Positions 24,100 through 38,775 of a stretch of 64,000 nt of DNA are shown here, one piece after another. The stretch comes from Raillietiella orientalis. Its lineage: Eukaryota. Below the pieces are notes generated by a model. The model was given only the letters and a program-made list of their open reading frames with translations, searched no databases and was not told the origin of the DNA. Positions within the stretch are counted from its first letter, which is position 1. Each line of letters opens with the position of its first letter. The DNA lies in the NCBI GenBank assembly GCA_036172245.1, contig JAYWIR010000003.1, positions 2,046,001-2,110,000 on the forward strand, read 5' to 3'. The position numbers were made by a program, and so were the translations under genes.

Positions 24100-27000
24100 T
24101 TGCGTCAATTTCAGGGTCAATCAGAGCGGTACTTCAGTTACACACCACACCCACATCGGTTGACACCATTCCGCGGAGATCGATGTTCTGAGAGGTTTAT
24201 TCATCGGTAGGATGTCCCGAACTATGGATCCAATGGAAAGCAGGGCCATGTTGGATGTTGAAGGCAATCTCAAGGTGCCTCAAACAGCCAACATTGTCAC
24301 GATTTCACATCGTTGGTTTGAGCAAACGTCTTTCTCAGGAATGCAGAAATTGCCAATTGTGAATGGCAATTCTCTCACTACAGATAGTTCCATCGGCAAA
24401 AGGAGTACCGAACAAATAGAATGAGGTCCATGAAGCTCTTCGTATACAACTTAGGTGAGGATTGTTCCACGAGTGCACCCGCCTTCCATTCGTCATCGCC
24501 TTTCATTCGTCTCCTTGAACTCTGTTAATCCCACTCAGTCCTTCCTTGTCCAAATCTTTCCCTTTCAACTTGTCCAAGTTGCGGTGAAAAAAGAGGACCC
24601 AGTTGATCCCATTGGAATTTTACACCCTAGGAAGATCTTGGCATCATCCTAGTGGCCTCGAATCTATGAGGCATAGGTCTGGTGTCTTTCACACTGCCCT
24701 ACAGTTCATTCTTGCACATGGACGTCCGGAGAGACAACCTTAGATTACTGCTTAAACACGCTTGAGACAACGCAATGACTGCAGCTCTCATCGTTTGTAT
24801 GAAGACCAAACTTGGTAGGATCAAATTTAGTCTCCATCCCATGAGAACCAGTAAAGTATCTGGCTGACTGGCACCCACGAAGCTGGCTGCAAAGAACAGC
24901 CATTGCTCACTGAGCATTTCTCGAGTTCAAAGACTCAACAGACTCTAACAGGAAATGATGCTCTTCAAGAGCAGAATTGCCTGTTGGAGACTGTGGAGCG
25001 GAAAGATTTTTGTCAAAGTGAACTGAAAGCATGAAGAAAGCAAACAAGCCAAGGGAAACGATGTCATCAGTGAATTCCCTTGGACACTGATGTTTCCCAT
25101 GAGATTCGTGTTCCTGTCGTTTCAGGTTTTCGTCTACAAAATCCTTTTCATCTTTGCAAATGATCACCATGGTCCCGGGCTGAGGAGGATTCCTTTCCTG
25201 CTTGTATGAGCAAGAATTGTCTTTGTGAGCGAAAAAGCTTCCTCCTTGAGAGCTGGACGCGGTCATTTCCGCGGTAGCGGAGCAGCTGTGGGCCAGAGAA
25301 GCGGCTCGGAAACCTTTCGATGAGAGGGGCTTTCAAGAGACAGGATACCCACCAAATCCACGCCAGGTGGCCATAACTCCGAGAATTCATCCTCACGATG
25401 CAACTCGCGGAAACTTGATTCCTCCTTAAGCGCAGATTTTCTGGTCATCCCCACTTCAGACCTGAAGGAAGGAAGAAGAAGGTGTGGAGTATGCCCCATC
25501 CTCACGAAACGCGTGCTTTGCGCAAATGTTCCCTGATCACGGGAGCCCACCCGTGTTCCACAGGACTGCACCTTCGTCTGCCGGAGCTGCTCTCCAGTGT
25601 AGTGCATGAGAACACACTTTGCGCTTTTCCTCTCTTCCTTAGGTGCCTGAGTGCAAGACAAAATACCGCAAGCTCCTACGAAGGCTGCTTCGCCTCGGTA
25701 CCTGGAGAAGCATCCTATTTCCCTCGTGACCAAAGAAGATAGCTTCTGAGACACCACGGACAGCTTTCTTTGGATTCTCGATCGAAGAGGATGGGGAGGG
25801 GGGAGGTAATTTCCGTAATTCGGGACTCTCTCTTTTCCGTCGATGTGGTTGCGACAGTTGCAGCGGCTTTCTTCCTTTTACCGCTTCCAGGATGCCATCT
25901 TGTCGACGTCCACGGTTTGAAGGCTGCTGCAGACGGAGAGATTCGATGCACTCCGTTGAAGCATATAGTGCTCTCTTGAAGGCGGAAGACCATCGATTTG
26001 CTCTTCCAGCTTATCTGTCTGCCCATCTGAGATCTCCATGAGCGGAAATGCGATTTATCATTCCAGGATCTTAAGCTCGGCCTACTTCAATCAAAGTTCA
26101 TTTTTCAATAAAAGACTCCATTTTTCAATTCTGTCCACCTTCTTGTTATGTCCTTCTAATGTTATGGCACATCATTCCCCAAAATTCTACCTCCACGTCC
26201 ACATCAGTTGGTATCATTTCGGCTTTGAAATCGATGCTCCAAGTGAGTCCTTCATCGAGGGGATGTCCCAACCCGCGGGCCCCATAGATATATATTGGAT
26301 GTTGGAGGCAATAATAAGGCGCCTGATTTTGTCGAGGTGTAGCAGCGACAACTCTCGCTCTCATATCCGTGTGCAACCCATAGCACCCTCAGTTCTGATG
26401 GAAATCTTTCAGGTAGTTGCTGTTTGTCTCAATAGATGCCTCTTCAGTCGTTCATTCTCCAAAGTACGCTAAGCATTTGCAGTTTTTCTCATCGTTTCTT
26501 CGAAAGTCGCCATTCTCTACGGCTTCTTCCATCTGGTCGCGAGTTCAGGAGAGCGATGCTGCGTCTTCGAAAGGACCTTGATTTAGGGAAGTGCGCACGT
26601 TTCCGCGGGCTACTTAGTCTCTCCGCGCGCAGACTCTCTGAGCGTTGTTCGAAAGGCACGAGGTCTCTGCTTGTTGGGTCTGTCCACTCGATGCCAGAGG
26701 TGGGACAGCCCCGCTGCTCTCGACCAAGGCGGATCTGCCTTCTAGGCATTCCGCACTATCCTGTGCATCTCAGTTTCTCTCCTTTGGCAGCTCGATCCAG
26801 TATCCAAACTCTCGGTTCCTCTCATGCTGGGTGAATCCTCCCACCGCACTGACTCGAGTAGTTGTGTCACTTGCGATCACGATTCAGACTGTTCCACGAA
26901 GAGTTCAAAGGGTTCGAACACTACAAGTTCAAGAGATCGAAGAGGATGCAAAATGGACAGTCTCAGCATGATCTAAGCATGAATTCCTGGGTGCTCTTTT

Positions 27001-28450
27001 CACAGTGCCTCCCCCCCTCCCCTCTTCTCGGAAGCGTTTGAACCGACAGCAACGGATGACATTCCTGTAGAGTTTTCACGGATTGGGGGGGGGGGGGCAC
27101 TCAAGACGCTGCAGTGGCCTCTGTAAGAACACAGGGGGACCGGAAGCCGTTTCGCCTAGGGCGGTAACCTTTACTAGAATCATGCTCTAGAAAAGGAGCT
27201 GCAGAGAAAGTGTCAAGGCATGGTGTCGTGCTCCGCTTTGAAGTAGCAACGCCGTGTGGCTCAGGCCTCAAACATTTAGCTTTCGGATGCGTTTCACTTC
27301 TCTTCTTGCTGCATTTGCTGGCCCCACGGAGGACGCGCATCGCCTCGTCGCGCGCTTTTCGCCAGAGGAAGTTCCGTGCTCGATGACCAGGAGAGCAGGT
27401 GCCACGTTACCTTGGAGATGTTATTCGTAGATTCGGGAATCACCATCGGAAGTGCGCAGGGTGTCTAAGCCAAGCATGGCCCTGTTTTCTTCGCATCACA
27501 CGATGTACATCGCAAAGTCGCGCGGAATGCCAAAGGTGTCCAATGGGGTCACTTCGGCAAATCTTTCTGCAGCCACAGACTTCTCGAGAGGCTCGGTTCG
27601 AAAGTGAATTAGGAAACACAAGTACGCCATTCTTAGAAATGCTCTATCTTCCTTTGGTCCCCTCTGAGGGTTTCCCAAGTGCAATTATATCCGTTTGCAA
27701 TTTCTCGGATTGCCAGCGATTCGGATGATTCACACACAATCTAGACCCTCCACTCCGGGTTTCCCACACGCATCGTGACACAGGTCAGAAGCGTAATGCA
27801 GATTTCCAGCACCAGGAGAGTTTTTTGGTACTCTCGGCAGCTTCTTCGTTTGTTTGCCCTTCGGAATGTATCCATGGATTTTGGAGGTTTCTTTTCTTTT
27901 TTGTTTTCCCGAAGAGTCATCATTTATGACCTCCCGTCAGAATTGCGAGCATTCTTTCAGAATCCACTTCGTCTTCCCCTGATCCAGGAGGAGGTGAAGA
28001 AGGAAACGAGTGAATCCCCTCCAATCTTCGTATCTTTTATTCTTTTGATCGGAAGGGCTCTGCTGCCTTGAGTTTCGGTTAATGGACCAGGTCTGGAGTT
28101 CCCGAGATAGAACGCAGATGAACTGTTCGGTGGATCCTGTGCGATGTGCCCTCTCGTTCGAGGGTCGAATGATACAGGTCCTTCGATCGAAGGCATGTGT
28201 GGGAGAAATCGCCCAATCGGGAGGCGGGAAAGTTGCGGCCTCTGGATCACTCCATGCACTTCTGGGGTCAGCCCGTCTTCCCGCAGATTCTGCGCTTCTC
28301 CGGAGCCGTTTAGGGAGGTCGCGTCTCTTTCGTGCGGTGCTGCGTGGTCCATCTTCCGATCTCGTGGTGACACGAAGACACAGGCCTGTTCGCAAAGCTG
28401 GAACCGAGAGTGTGCATTCACCCTATGAAAAAGTTTCCCTCGAGCTTCCG
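24100..28450 (-). mobile_element. Heavily degenerate non-LTR retrotransposon, R1-clade-like
   Basis: Remnants in the expected order on the minus strand: gag-like region with a degenerate Cys/His knuckle (about 27500), RT-like ..SCPWCLRSYLLWS (cf. GCPQGS..GP.LWN), thumb-like LLRY...RRKLFRSQRQFLL, and C-terminal YFTGSHG...KFGL...C.HC. Many stops and frameshifts; boundaries approximate. Confidence 0.5.
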
Positions 28451-30832
28451 GGGTCACGAAGGGGCGGATCGTGGAGTTTTCCTGATGGCCGGCTCGACCG
28501 GTTCCCGTGGCAACCGCTTGAAGCGCAACGTGAGAAGCGTGCTGCGAGCGTCTCGATGATTCCTAGCGTGCAAAGGAGAATCAAGAAAAAGGCTAAAAGG
28601 AAGGCATGCAAAGCTCCTCAGGAGAGAAAAAAAAAGCTGCGAGTCTCTGGCGTCCTCTCCCTCTCAGGAGCGTTTGCGTGCATAGCACGAATCGAACGAG
28701 CTGCGAGCTACGCGCGCGCACCGCACAAGGCGCTTCCGTCGCTTCTGCGGAGGAAAAGCGCGCGGAAGGAGTGAGTGGGAATTTTCAAGGCGACTCGCCG
28801 TGAGATACCAAACGGGATTGAGCTCCCGCTGACCTCAGGCATCAGAGGAGGATCAACGCAGAATGATCAACTAACCCGCGAGCGCGCTCGTAGCGCGGGC
28901 AAACGACAAATCAAATGTGGGAAGCGCACAGCTCGGAGAGGGTGCGTCGAGCAGCCAGAGGACGCGGTCCGGAAGGCGAGGACCCCACCCCCACTCCTTC
29001 CAAGCAAGTAGGGACCGAACCTGCTTTACCACCTCCACTCTCACCGCTGGACCTGGCCAGAGCGATCTGTCAGGTGGCACCGTCTCGCGCGCACTCGTAG
29101 GGCACGGGGGCGCTGCCTCCGCGAGGATAGGGGGAGGAGGAGAGCGCTGCTCACAGGTCGAGGTGGGAGGGAGGAGGACTCCAAACCTGCAAAGCTTGTT
29201 CCTCCTTTCCTCCAGGCATTCGAGGAAGTGGTCCTCGCCGACGTCATCCTTCCGGGAAGGGTTTTTCCTCTGCTCCGATTTCTTCTGTTTTCTCTTCCTT
29301 TTCTTCTGAGGGAGCATCCGTCTGGAGGTATGCAGCATCTGGGGGGCCTCTTCGAGGTTTCGATCTCATCGATCCAACAGGAGCTTCTCCTTGGAGGAAA
29401 TCCCCGTCTGAAGACGAACGAGCGAAAGGGGAGGGACAGGTTCCGTGGGACAGAACGAGCGCCGTCCCTGCGCGTCTCATGACACTCCCCCACCCTCTGC
29501 CTCTTCCTCTCCTCTGGGAGATGCCCACAAGCGAGGCTGAAGCATCCCGAGGTTACCAAGGGCTACTCTGCACTCCTGGTCACCCACGTCGAGTGGTCGT
29601 TCCGGGTGGGACGCTCCCATCCTGGAATGCTGGCATCCCTGCTTCACCCTGGAGCGCCGTGGGTGAGGAAGGGAGAGGAGACGGGAACTCTGCTCTCTTC
29701 CGCCCGCCATCCTTCCCAGAGGGGAAAGGGGGGCAACCTTTGCTTCCCGGAGTTGCTCAGCTCCCTGCTCGGGAGAGCCTCGGGCGAGGAATAACAAAGA
29801 CGAGGGTCCCGTTCGCTCAGCAGGTGACCAGATCGAAGACCGCAGCCGGCAGCTCTTCCCCGTTCCTTCCTTCCGCCCCCGCGCTCGCCGGCTCCTTTCA
29901 CTTTCTCCAGTGGGAGTCGATGGGCGCTGGAGGTGGCTTCCACACTAAGTCCCTGCCGTGGTCTTGAATGGGTCACGCGGCAGGAGCCCTTTCGCTCCCT
30001 TATTGGGGTAGGGTCAAGAGCTCCTTCCTATGCACGCGGAACAGTCACTAGGAGCATTCCCCGGGGAGGTGAAGAAGCCAGGAACAAACCACGGTCTCTT
30101 CCTGGGAGAGAGGCTGTCCTGATCCGGGACACCCCCTTCCTGTTCGAAGGACGCTGTCCAGAGCAACATCTCGGGACCGAAGTGACTCCCGAGGTCCCTC
30201 CTGTATTCCGGATAGACTCTCCGAAACGTATACGGGGGAGGGGAAGGAGGGGAGCATCTGTATCTTCGGATCCTCGGTCGGTGTAGCAGTAAAACCCCGG
30301 CCTCAGGGAGGGAGGAGGATGTGGGAGCGGAGCTTGATCTTCGGATGGTGTTTACTTTCGCCTCTCCCTCCAGGAAACGGTGTAATCAGGACGCTTGGTG
30401 ACCTGATCTGCCCTCAGAGCGGGCTTGTGAAGAACACGTTGGCCTCGTGGGACTCTGCTCGGCTAGGACGAAGCCAGAAGGAACTCGGATGGAGAGCCTC
30501 AGCAACCATGAGGAAAAAACTGGAGGGAAGAGCCGGGTTGGGGTAGGGTGGGGTGGTTTCGGTGTGGGAAGACGAATCGAACTGTCTCGTAGCTGGGGTT
30601 CCCTTCGAAAAATTTTTCCTTCAGAGCAGTGGGCAGTCCTCCAACAGGAAGGAAAAACGGAGTCTTTTCCGGGTAAGAGGATGATTAGAAGATCACCTCA
30701 AGGACCAGATGACCTCGACTTATTCATCCAAACTTCAAATGGGTGAGGAGAGACCAGCCGGAACGCAGCGGTCTCAGTGGGTTCTGGCCGGTTAGCAGAA
30801 CTGGAGCAGCGGGATGAAGCAAACGTTGGGCT

Positions 30833-30864
30833 GCGGTGCCTTATGCATTCGCATAAGGCACCGC
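30833..30864. repeat. Perfect 14-bp GC-rich hairpin with 4-nt loop
   Basis: gcggtgccttatgc-attc-gcataaggcaccgc. Confidence 0.88.
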
Positions 30865-33800
30865 GGATCCCGTGGAAGATGCCGGTTACTATGCATAGGA
30901 GGACGGTGGGGACCGTCGAAGGAGGGGATCCTCTAAGGAATGTCGCCGCCGCCTCGCTTGCCGAGGAGACCAGTCTCAGAAGTTGGGTGGCGATCAAGCG
31001 TCGAACCCACCCATTCAAGTGCCGGGACAGATCCATTCCCGTTTTCCGGCATTCCATCTCCGGAGGACGGCAGGTTCACGGGGTTGCGGCGAGTCGACTG
31101 GTCGTGAGCTCCCCCGGAACCGCCGTCGGCGCAGATCTTGAGTTCACTCACTTTCGGGAACCGAGTATCCAAGGTCCGGTTTCTCGAGAGAAGGACGATT
31201 GACACCAGATTCTGAGACAATGTGGAAAACGTGTTTCTTTGACTGCGGTTATCGGGCAGCATGAGCACCTGGAAGTCCTTGAGCCACATCTGACTCAGAT
31301 CTTTTCTCAGCGATGGTCCTCGAGCTCATGATCTCATCTCTCTCATGGAGGGTAATGAAGATTTAATCAGCTTCGATCCTGCCTATCATCACAGGGAATA
31401 ATGAGCGAGGAAGGTTCTGATCTACGACCTCGGCTTCTAAACATCCGGGCTAACTTCGGAAGAAAGCTATCTTTCAGTCTTGAAGAACTCGCAACTCTGG
31501 TCATTTCTGATTTTCTGATCCCTCCTAGGGGAAGCTCCCCATGGAAACTCAGAAATTCCAGACTCCTTAGAGAATCACGTGTTTTTCCTCCACAAGAGAT
31601 TAATTTCCCGGAGTATAGAGGTACCCCACGTATTCTCTCTTTAAATTCCCTTGATGAAGAACACCTTCCTGCAGTCCTCTTAACAAAAGTGCCCAGAGAC
31701 ATTTCTGTTAAGTCTCTTTTGAGAGATCAGTCACCTCAGGTGCTTATCCAATAACTCCGTTTCTTCAGCCTACTGTGAAGTTAAAGAGAGATCAGGGCAC
31801 AATGATCTCCATGTTCAGATACTATACAGTCTGCTACCAACAGAAGTGCATCATTGATTTCCTCAAGAATTTCAAAATGCTTGTCATTCCAGCCTTCCAC
31901 TGTTCGAAGTTACTGGAATGTCACCTACCAAGATGTGATGAACTTGGAATCCTCCCTTTGTCATTCAAGAGTGTCGTGCTAAAGACTCGAAGATCAGAAC
32001 ATTCGACTGATCTCCGAAGTTTTGGAGCAACGTCGAATCAATCTTAATGTGTACATCTGTTAGCTAAGTTTCAGGGAGAGTTGCTCATCGTATACAATCT
32101 TTTAGCTAACTCCACTCGATAAGTAAGTGCAGGTAAGAAGATAGCATTGGTATGTGTACTGAGACATAACCTTTACCATTTATTGTTATGAAGATAGTCA
32201 ACGCAAGATTTTTTCAAAATGCGGTCCCTCTGTGGTACTTTTTCCATTTGATATTGACCGATGGTATTTTTATTGGCATTGGTATTTTTATACCAGGGAC
32301 TACAAAAGCATCACAAGAAGGGTACAGACAAATACTGCAGCTCAGCAGTGAAGCCATACACAATAGTCGAAAGCGAGCTTGTAATAAAGAACAAAACAAG
32401 ATCTGAGACTATTACCATACACAATTAAAATAATAAAGGAAATAGGAATGTCCACAAATAAATCGGTGAATAAGAATTTTCCAAAATTTCGCCTTTTTGT
32501 AATTCTCACTCTTTGAAAAAATTTGAAATTTGAAAAAATCTAATTAATTGTTTGCCTCGTAAGCAATCTTTATCTTCGTTCATATGCTGGCAAAAAGCCA
32601 TCTAAAATTAAATCGAAAATAGAAAGAAATAGTAGCAATTTCCATATCCAGTGAATCTCAGGTGACATGCAGAATAAAGGTATCTTTAAGGAAAGATTGC
32701 CCCAGGCATAGTTCATTACTATTTGAGCTGTTTGTATTACAGTAAAGATTTTAAGAAAAATACAACACTTATGATGTACACTCAGAGATACTATCATGTA
32801 TTTCAAAATTCTAGTTTGTATATGAGGAAACCATTTGTTATGATCTGAAAAGACAAGCTCACATCAAGATTCAAAATCGTTAGCTTCGTAAAAAATTCAA
32901 CTAACGATGAGGTTTTGACGAGTATTTAATGAGTTATATTGGAATTTTTTAACGAAATCGAGGCAGATTGTGTTCCTAAAAGCATATGCTTTTATGAATT
33001 GATGTGTTTTTCTACATATCGAGGCAATCGTAATTGTTGAGGTATGTGGCAGTACTTCTTAATCAAACACTTTCGAATGTTTTGGCAATGTTGTTGTTGG
33101 AATGCAAATTCGAAGTAAACATGAGGTTTTTTATCCGTAGTGAATGTACCTCTTTGTTGATATCCGAAGGAAGTGAATTATTTGTGTAGATACATATGAA
33201 TACTTTCACTGCAAGGAGTAGGTGAGGCATTTCATTTTTGTGTGCATGTACCTGTATGAATGGATCATATGGTTTGTTTTTAAAATTCAGGGAGTGCTAA
33301 GATTTACAAGTTGTCGTTTATTTGTGAATAGTCACCTGTCCATCAGGTGTTCAATTAGACCTTGTGTTAAGAGCCGTTCTCCGTGCGTTCTGTTGTTTTG
33401 CTTAAATATGCCATTAGCGAATGTAGTGCAGAAAATTATAAATTATACGATCCATAATCAGAAAAAAGCAGTGCCTGCGATCAGTGCTTTCTACTTTCCG
33501 GAAGAAATTAGGGACAATTACACATCCAAATTTGATGCTTCTTGAGTAGCGTTTTCCCATTTCTTTCGTTCAAGCTGATGTAGATTGTTTTCTGCATGTC
33601 TGACAATGTTCCAAAGATCGTGCAGAGTTAATTGAGTTGGTTTATTAGCGGTATATATCGCATTTATAATTTGCATTTTTTTGGAGTTCCAAAATTTATT
33701 TATCAAAACTAAACACCAAAAAAAATTGTTTTCAATGCCCACAATGTATATTTCTTTGATTGTAGGTTGTCTTGTTTATAATGATGCATCTCATCAGAGC

Positions 33801-33884
33801 AGTATGATATTTAAGCTTAGTGATGCTAAAGTTATCCCTTGACAAAGCCTTCTTGATGTTCAGATACATTAGCTATCTGATGCC

Positions 33885-36766
33885 ATGCATTATGTTCAGA
33901 GTTCTTCCAATATCATTTGTTGCCTGATTCTATGGTTAATTATCTTATCAGTATTTATTAAAGATGCAGGTATCTATAACATAAATGTAACCAAGTGTTT
34001 TGATTAATACATTTGTACCTTGCAGTCTGCATGGATGTTGGCATCCACTTCATTAGCATTCCTTCATCTGTGATAGGCAAGCCTGGATCCCAATTAACAT
34101 TTGATTGCACCACCAACACTAAGTTTGATAAAATGGAATGGCGCTATAATGGTTCTTTGTTAGAAGGCAAATATAAAAATTGGGATCGAAGTAGTAAGCT
34201 GATTGTTCGAATACCATCTGATCCCGAATTATATTGGGGAGTAACTGGAGGCTATCAAGTGAGCTCTGTACTTGATCTTAAATCACATACATTCACAATT
34301 TAGTGTGTTGCTTGGCTGGGTCCAGTAAGCATTACATCACTTCCTTGGAATGTAAGTGTGGCATACATCCTTAGGATTCCTGCAAAAGAAAAAGTGACTT
34401 TGGTAGTGTCCCTTCACAATGTAGCTGTTATTTCTTGCCCTTTACCAATCAGCAATCCATTCCCAATTATCCATTTTTACCATGATAACATGCTACTGCT
34501 TCAAGATAAAATTGAATTATCTTCGGGTCATCAGCGTACAAATGAAGAGGAAGTAAAAAAATTTCAAATAATGCCTTCAGGAAATTTGCACATTTATCAA
34601 GTGGGACTTGAAGATGCAGGAACGTACACATGCGAGGCTACCAATCCTGTGTCAGGAGAGACAGTGGTTCCCAATCATAAAGTGCATCTTCAGGTTGAAC
34701 AGAAGATCTCTCACAATACTCAGTTTTTATTGCGTCCCCAAGAACATTATACAGTACAACAAGGTCACAATTTGACTTTGGAATGTGTAGGACAGGGAGT
34801 ACCTCCCCCACAAGTCACCTGGTTAAAGTTTGATGGAGACTTGCAATTGTTGCCCCACATAGCTCAACCTAGCAGTTTATTATTGGTGAATGTGACACAT
34901 GCCCACAAGGGCTCCTATCTTTGTCAGCTAGGGGACGATAGAGGCCTCCGAGCACTAAGCAAAGTAGAAATTCATGGTAAGAAAAAGTGCAAAAGCAAGT
35001 TAAGTGATTGGTCCTTTTCAGAACCTCCTAAAGTATTTCATGTAACACCTGAGCAAAAGGAAGTTTTTGAGGGGGATAGTTTCATTTTGGAATGTTTGAC
35101 TCTCGGCATACCCCAGCCTGTAGTCACTTGGGTGTTTCAAGGTCAAGCATTAGCTTCAAGTGAAGATATACATATTGGAGGTGAGTAGAACAAAGATTGT
35201 GATCTCATTTGACTTTTCCTTCCTAGAACGTCGACTTGAAATTCAGCATGTAGCTAGGCATCAGTCTGGTGCCTATCAGTGTTTTGCAACTAATCATGTA
35301 GGTTCAAGCTCTGGATTGGCACTGCTGACAATAGTGCCTGTGGTCCAAAACACACATGTGAATCCCTTGTTGCAAACTAATGGTGATAAAACCCGAAGGA
35401 AAATTAAGGGCGGAAGAAAAGGAAAGCCCAGTCACCGAAGGAAGGGTGAAGACAAAAAAGCTTCTTAGAGTTGATAGTTTTTTTTATGCAGTTGTGATGA
35501 TTGCACCATCCAAACCTGATGTGACTCGTCTTTCAAACACTACTGTGATGATTCAATGGGCTGCTCCTGAAGGCAAGGGCTTACCCATCACAATGTACAA
35601 AGTACAACATCGTGACATAAATTCTGATACTGAATGGATTACTGATGATGATGACATTCCATCTCATCAGTTGACACATGTGATTAGGGATTTAATTCCT
35701 GGTCATACCTACCGGTAAATTATGTCACATTATTGCTACTTCTTCTAACAGTTTCAGCTAGCATCCGTATTCTGGCCATCTATTCCAACAATGATAATAA
35801 ACAAAGTCCAGTTGCCAAATTCACAATGGAGTTAAGTCCCATTTTCTCTCCTCCCATCCAGGCACCTCACATTATAACCATAATTCCACTTAGTCCTTCT
35901 TCCCTTGAATTAAATTGGGACTATGAAGATTTGGATCTTCCACCGGTGGATGGTTTTGTTATTCATTATCGGCCAAACACTCAAGCTGGAGATTATATGC
36001 GGGCAGTGGTAGATGGTGGCAATACTCGATCACACATTTTAACTCATCTACTGCCTGCCACTACATATGATGTCCGCATCAGTGCTAGGAATGCTGGTGG
36101 TACTTCGGCTCTCAGTGAGCTGGTTACATCTCGAACACTCAGTCGGAATACATCTTCAGAGCCACCAGCTCCTCCCCTGGAGGTGCAGCATGAAGGACTT
36201 TTACCTTCTCGCCAACATCTTTATACTGTTTTGGGAGGACTAATTGGTGGCCTAGCTTTATTGCTGCTCATTTGTTGCTTACTATATCGTCTGCGTTGTA
36301 AACATCATGATCCACCTTCTGATGTTCTGGCCCATGAAAAGTTTGGGGATGCATCACGACGAATCCACTGGCAACAGCAAGCTGTTGCTGAAGTTAACGG
36401 ATTTGTTCATAGAGGGTACCCATCTGTTGATCGACTGGATATTGAGAACAAGGTTTGGCAAGCATCACTATTCTGCTTAGAACATTACAAGCACATTGCC
36501 TCTGCAGTGCCTCATATCATCCTTGGATGATTCTGCTGGCATTCATGTTGCCTCTCCAGCTGATTTTCAGACTGTGCAGAAGATGCACTTCCATCCACGT
36601 AGTGCAGTATCTCTTCATTCCTTAGCAAATACAGAGGCTAACTTATGGAAGCATGCGAGACGGAAATCAGGTAAACTAAGACAGAATAATTGCTAATTGC
36701 TAAATCCTTTTGTGAATTGTAGATGGAATTTTACTTGGAGATCTTCCCCAGCAAACATCTGTGTGA
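33885..36766 (+). CDS. ihog: Interference hedgehog / boi / CDON-family Hedgehog co-receptor (signal peptide, 4 Ig, 2 FN3, transmembrane helix, cytoplasmic tail)
   Basis: Hydrophobic signal exon and four Ig domains (e.g. SGNLHI...DAGTYTC.ATNP; SGAYQCFATN). Basic linker, then FN3 domains starting MIAPSKPDVTRLS...W...GLPI..YKVQ and containing YSNNDNK, GF.IHYRP...AGDY. TM LGGLIGGLALLLLICCLL; C-terminus QTSV*. Confidence 0.88.
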
Positions 36767-38775
36767 ATCTCTTCAAAGTACCTGATTTTTTTTTTTTATA
36801 TCAACAAACTTCCTGACAATACATTTGTATTTTTGTAAAATGTTGGCTTATGTTGAACACAATTTGGGAGTATTTGAAGTATACTCAAGGATGTTCATCA
36901 ATTCTCTTCCCACTTGACATTGAACATTAATTTCTCAGTGGGTTTAGATGGAAAATCAGCAAACATTAATCACAACTTGAAAAATACATCAACAAAAGAA
37001 TGGAAAAGTATCAGATCAAAACTTCAAATTCATCTACGTAATTGGGTTTGTCACACACGAAGGAAGAACAGCGATACACTGCAACAGTTGTAGTTCGTTG
37101 CCATAATTTAAGTTTTTCTCATTTTTGTGCATGAATCATTAAGATGAAAGAACAGAACATAAGTTGTATGCTTAGTTGACGGCATTAGTGCCGACCCAAC
37201 AGTGTGCAATCACCATATACCAGCATAGCACATTGCTAAATTGCATTTGGATTTCTAACAGCTCATTATCTACTTTATCAATGTATTCTTTCGTGGATAT
37301 TCATTTACTTGAATTGTTTTTTATCTAATTTTAATCCTTTCTGTCTTCAATGAATCCTGGCAAACTTCATTCAAAATTAGACTGCAGCAGTGACTGCAAC
37401 AATGTGACTGCAGCAGAAACGCGACTTTAAATTCGCTTTGGAAACTAATAGATTTGTCTATGGCTATGAATTTATTATCAAATGAAATAGAGACAATTTT
37501 CCATTTTCAATTCGGGATCACAAAGCAAGATTTGCCTATTCTCTACAGTGAAAAGTACTAGAAAATAAAATGTATGAAAATAAGCAAAGATATATAACCA
37601 CCTGGCAACACAAAACCACCTTCTTATATGCTGTTTTGTGAACAAGTCTGACTTTGATGGTAGCCATTGTCTAAAAGTATTCATATCTATTATTAAATAC
37701 TGTGTATTCTAGGAAAAATGACTTTTCATTCCATAATGCTGAAGATGTGATCCGAGACTTTTATGAAGCCATTAAAAAACTACATTTTCAAACTATATTT
37801 TTATCATGTCATCATTTTATTCCACAAAAAAGGCTGAGAAATAAGCATCAGAAGTATATCAAGAAGTTGAGGTATGTATTAGATCATATAAGTTTTATTT
37901 TATCTGCAAAAGCTGGGAAGCCTGTTGAAGCAGTTGCGCATGTTTTGCATGTGGTAGTGGCCTTTTCCATAGCGCTAATTTATTTTGAGTATTTTGATAT
38001 ATTTTGGAAATTATCGAAATAATCGGATACACTTTGCATTTGTTTTGCGAATTATTAATGGCTTAATTCTCAAGTGATAACTTTGCTAAACTAATTTGCT
38101 AACAATACTAGGAAATCAACGGTTTCGCTGATTGTGTATAATATGAAAACAGCTGTAAGAGTGTGCCATGCATTTGTAAATTTTGAGTATGTTTCATTCA
38201 TTTCTATCTTAACATTGTAGCCGTATTAACATATACTTGTGTACTGTAATTCTATAAGTTAATCGTTATTTTATTGACAATCGTTTTTGAATATCATTTT
38301 GATTAATCTTGACTATGTGAGTGGAACAACTGGTGCTAAAGTGCCTTTACATGTGCCTTTCACATGGACAGATTTTTTATTATATAATGTCCAAATAAAA
38401 ACAATTCAAGTGATTGTAAATTTTTCCTCGTATTTATGTTTTTCATTCGAAGTGCGAATATGTGGTCTTAGTTGGACGTAAATTTGCAACTGTGATGTAA
38501 ATTATTAAGTCCTCACCTTTTTGTTGTGAATAAGTGTTGTATGAGAAATAGTTGCCTCAATTGTATGATCTTCGATTACTAAAGTGATGTTTACTGAGTT
38601 ATTAATTCCTTTTCATCGTTGAATTTACAGTTTTTTGGGTAAAAGAAGAATTCTTTTAAGTGGATATGTGAGGTTTGCAACTCTTGTAGAACATCAAAAA
38701 AACAGAGGAGCACAATTAATTGTGTACATACATTTTTTGAGTTTTTGAGAAAAAAGTAAATCCCCTAGCAGCAAC

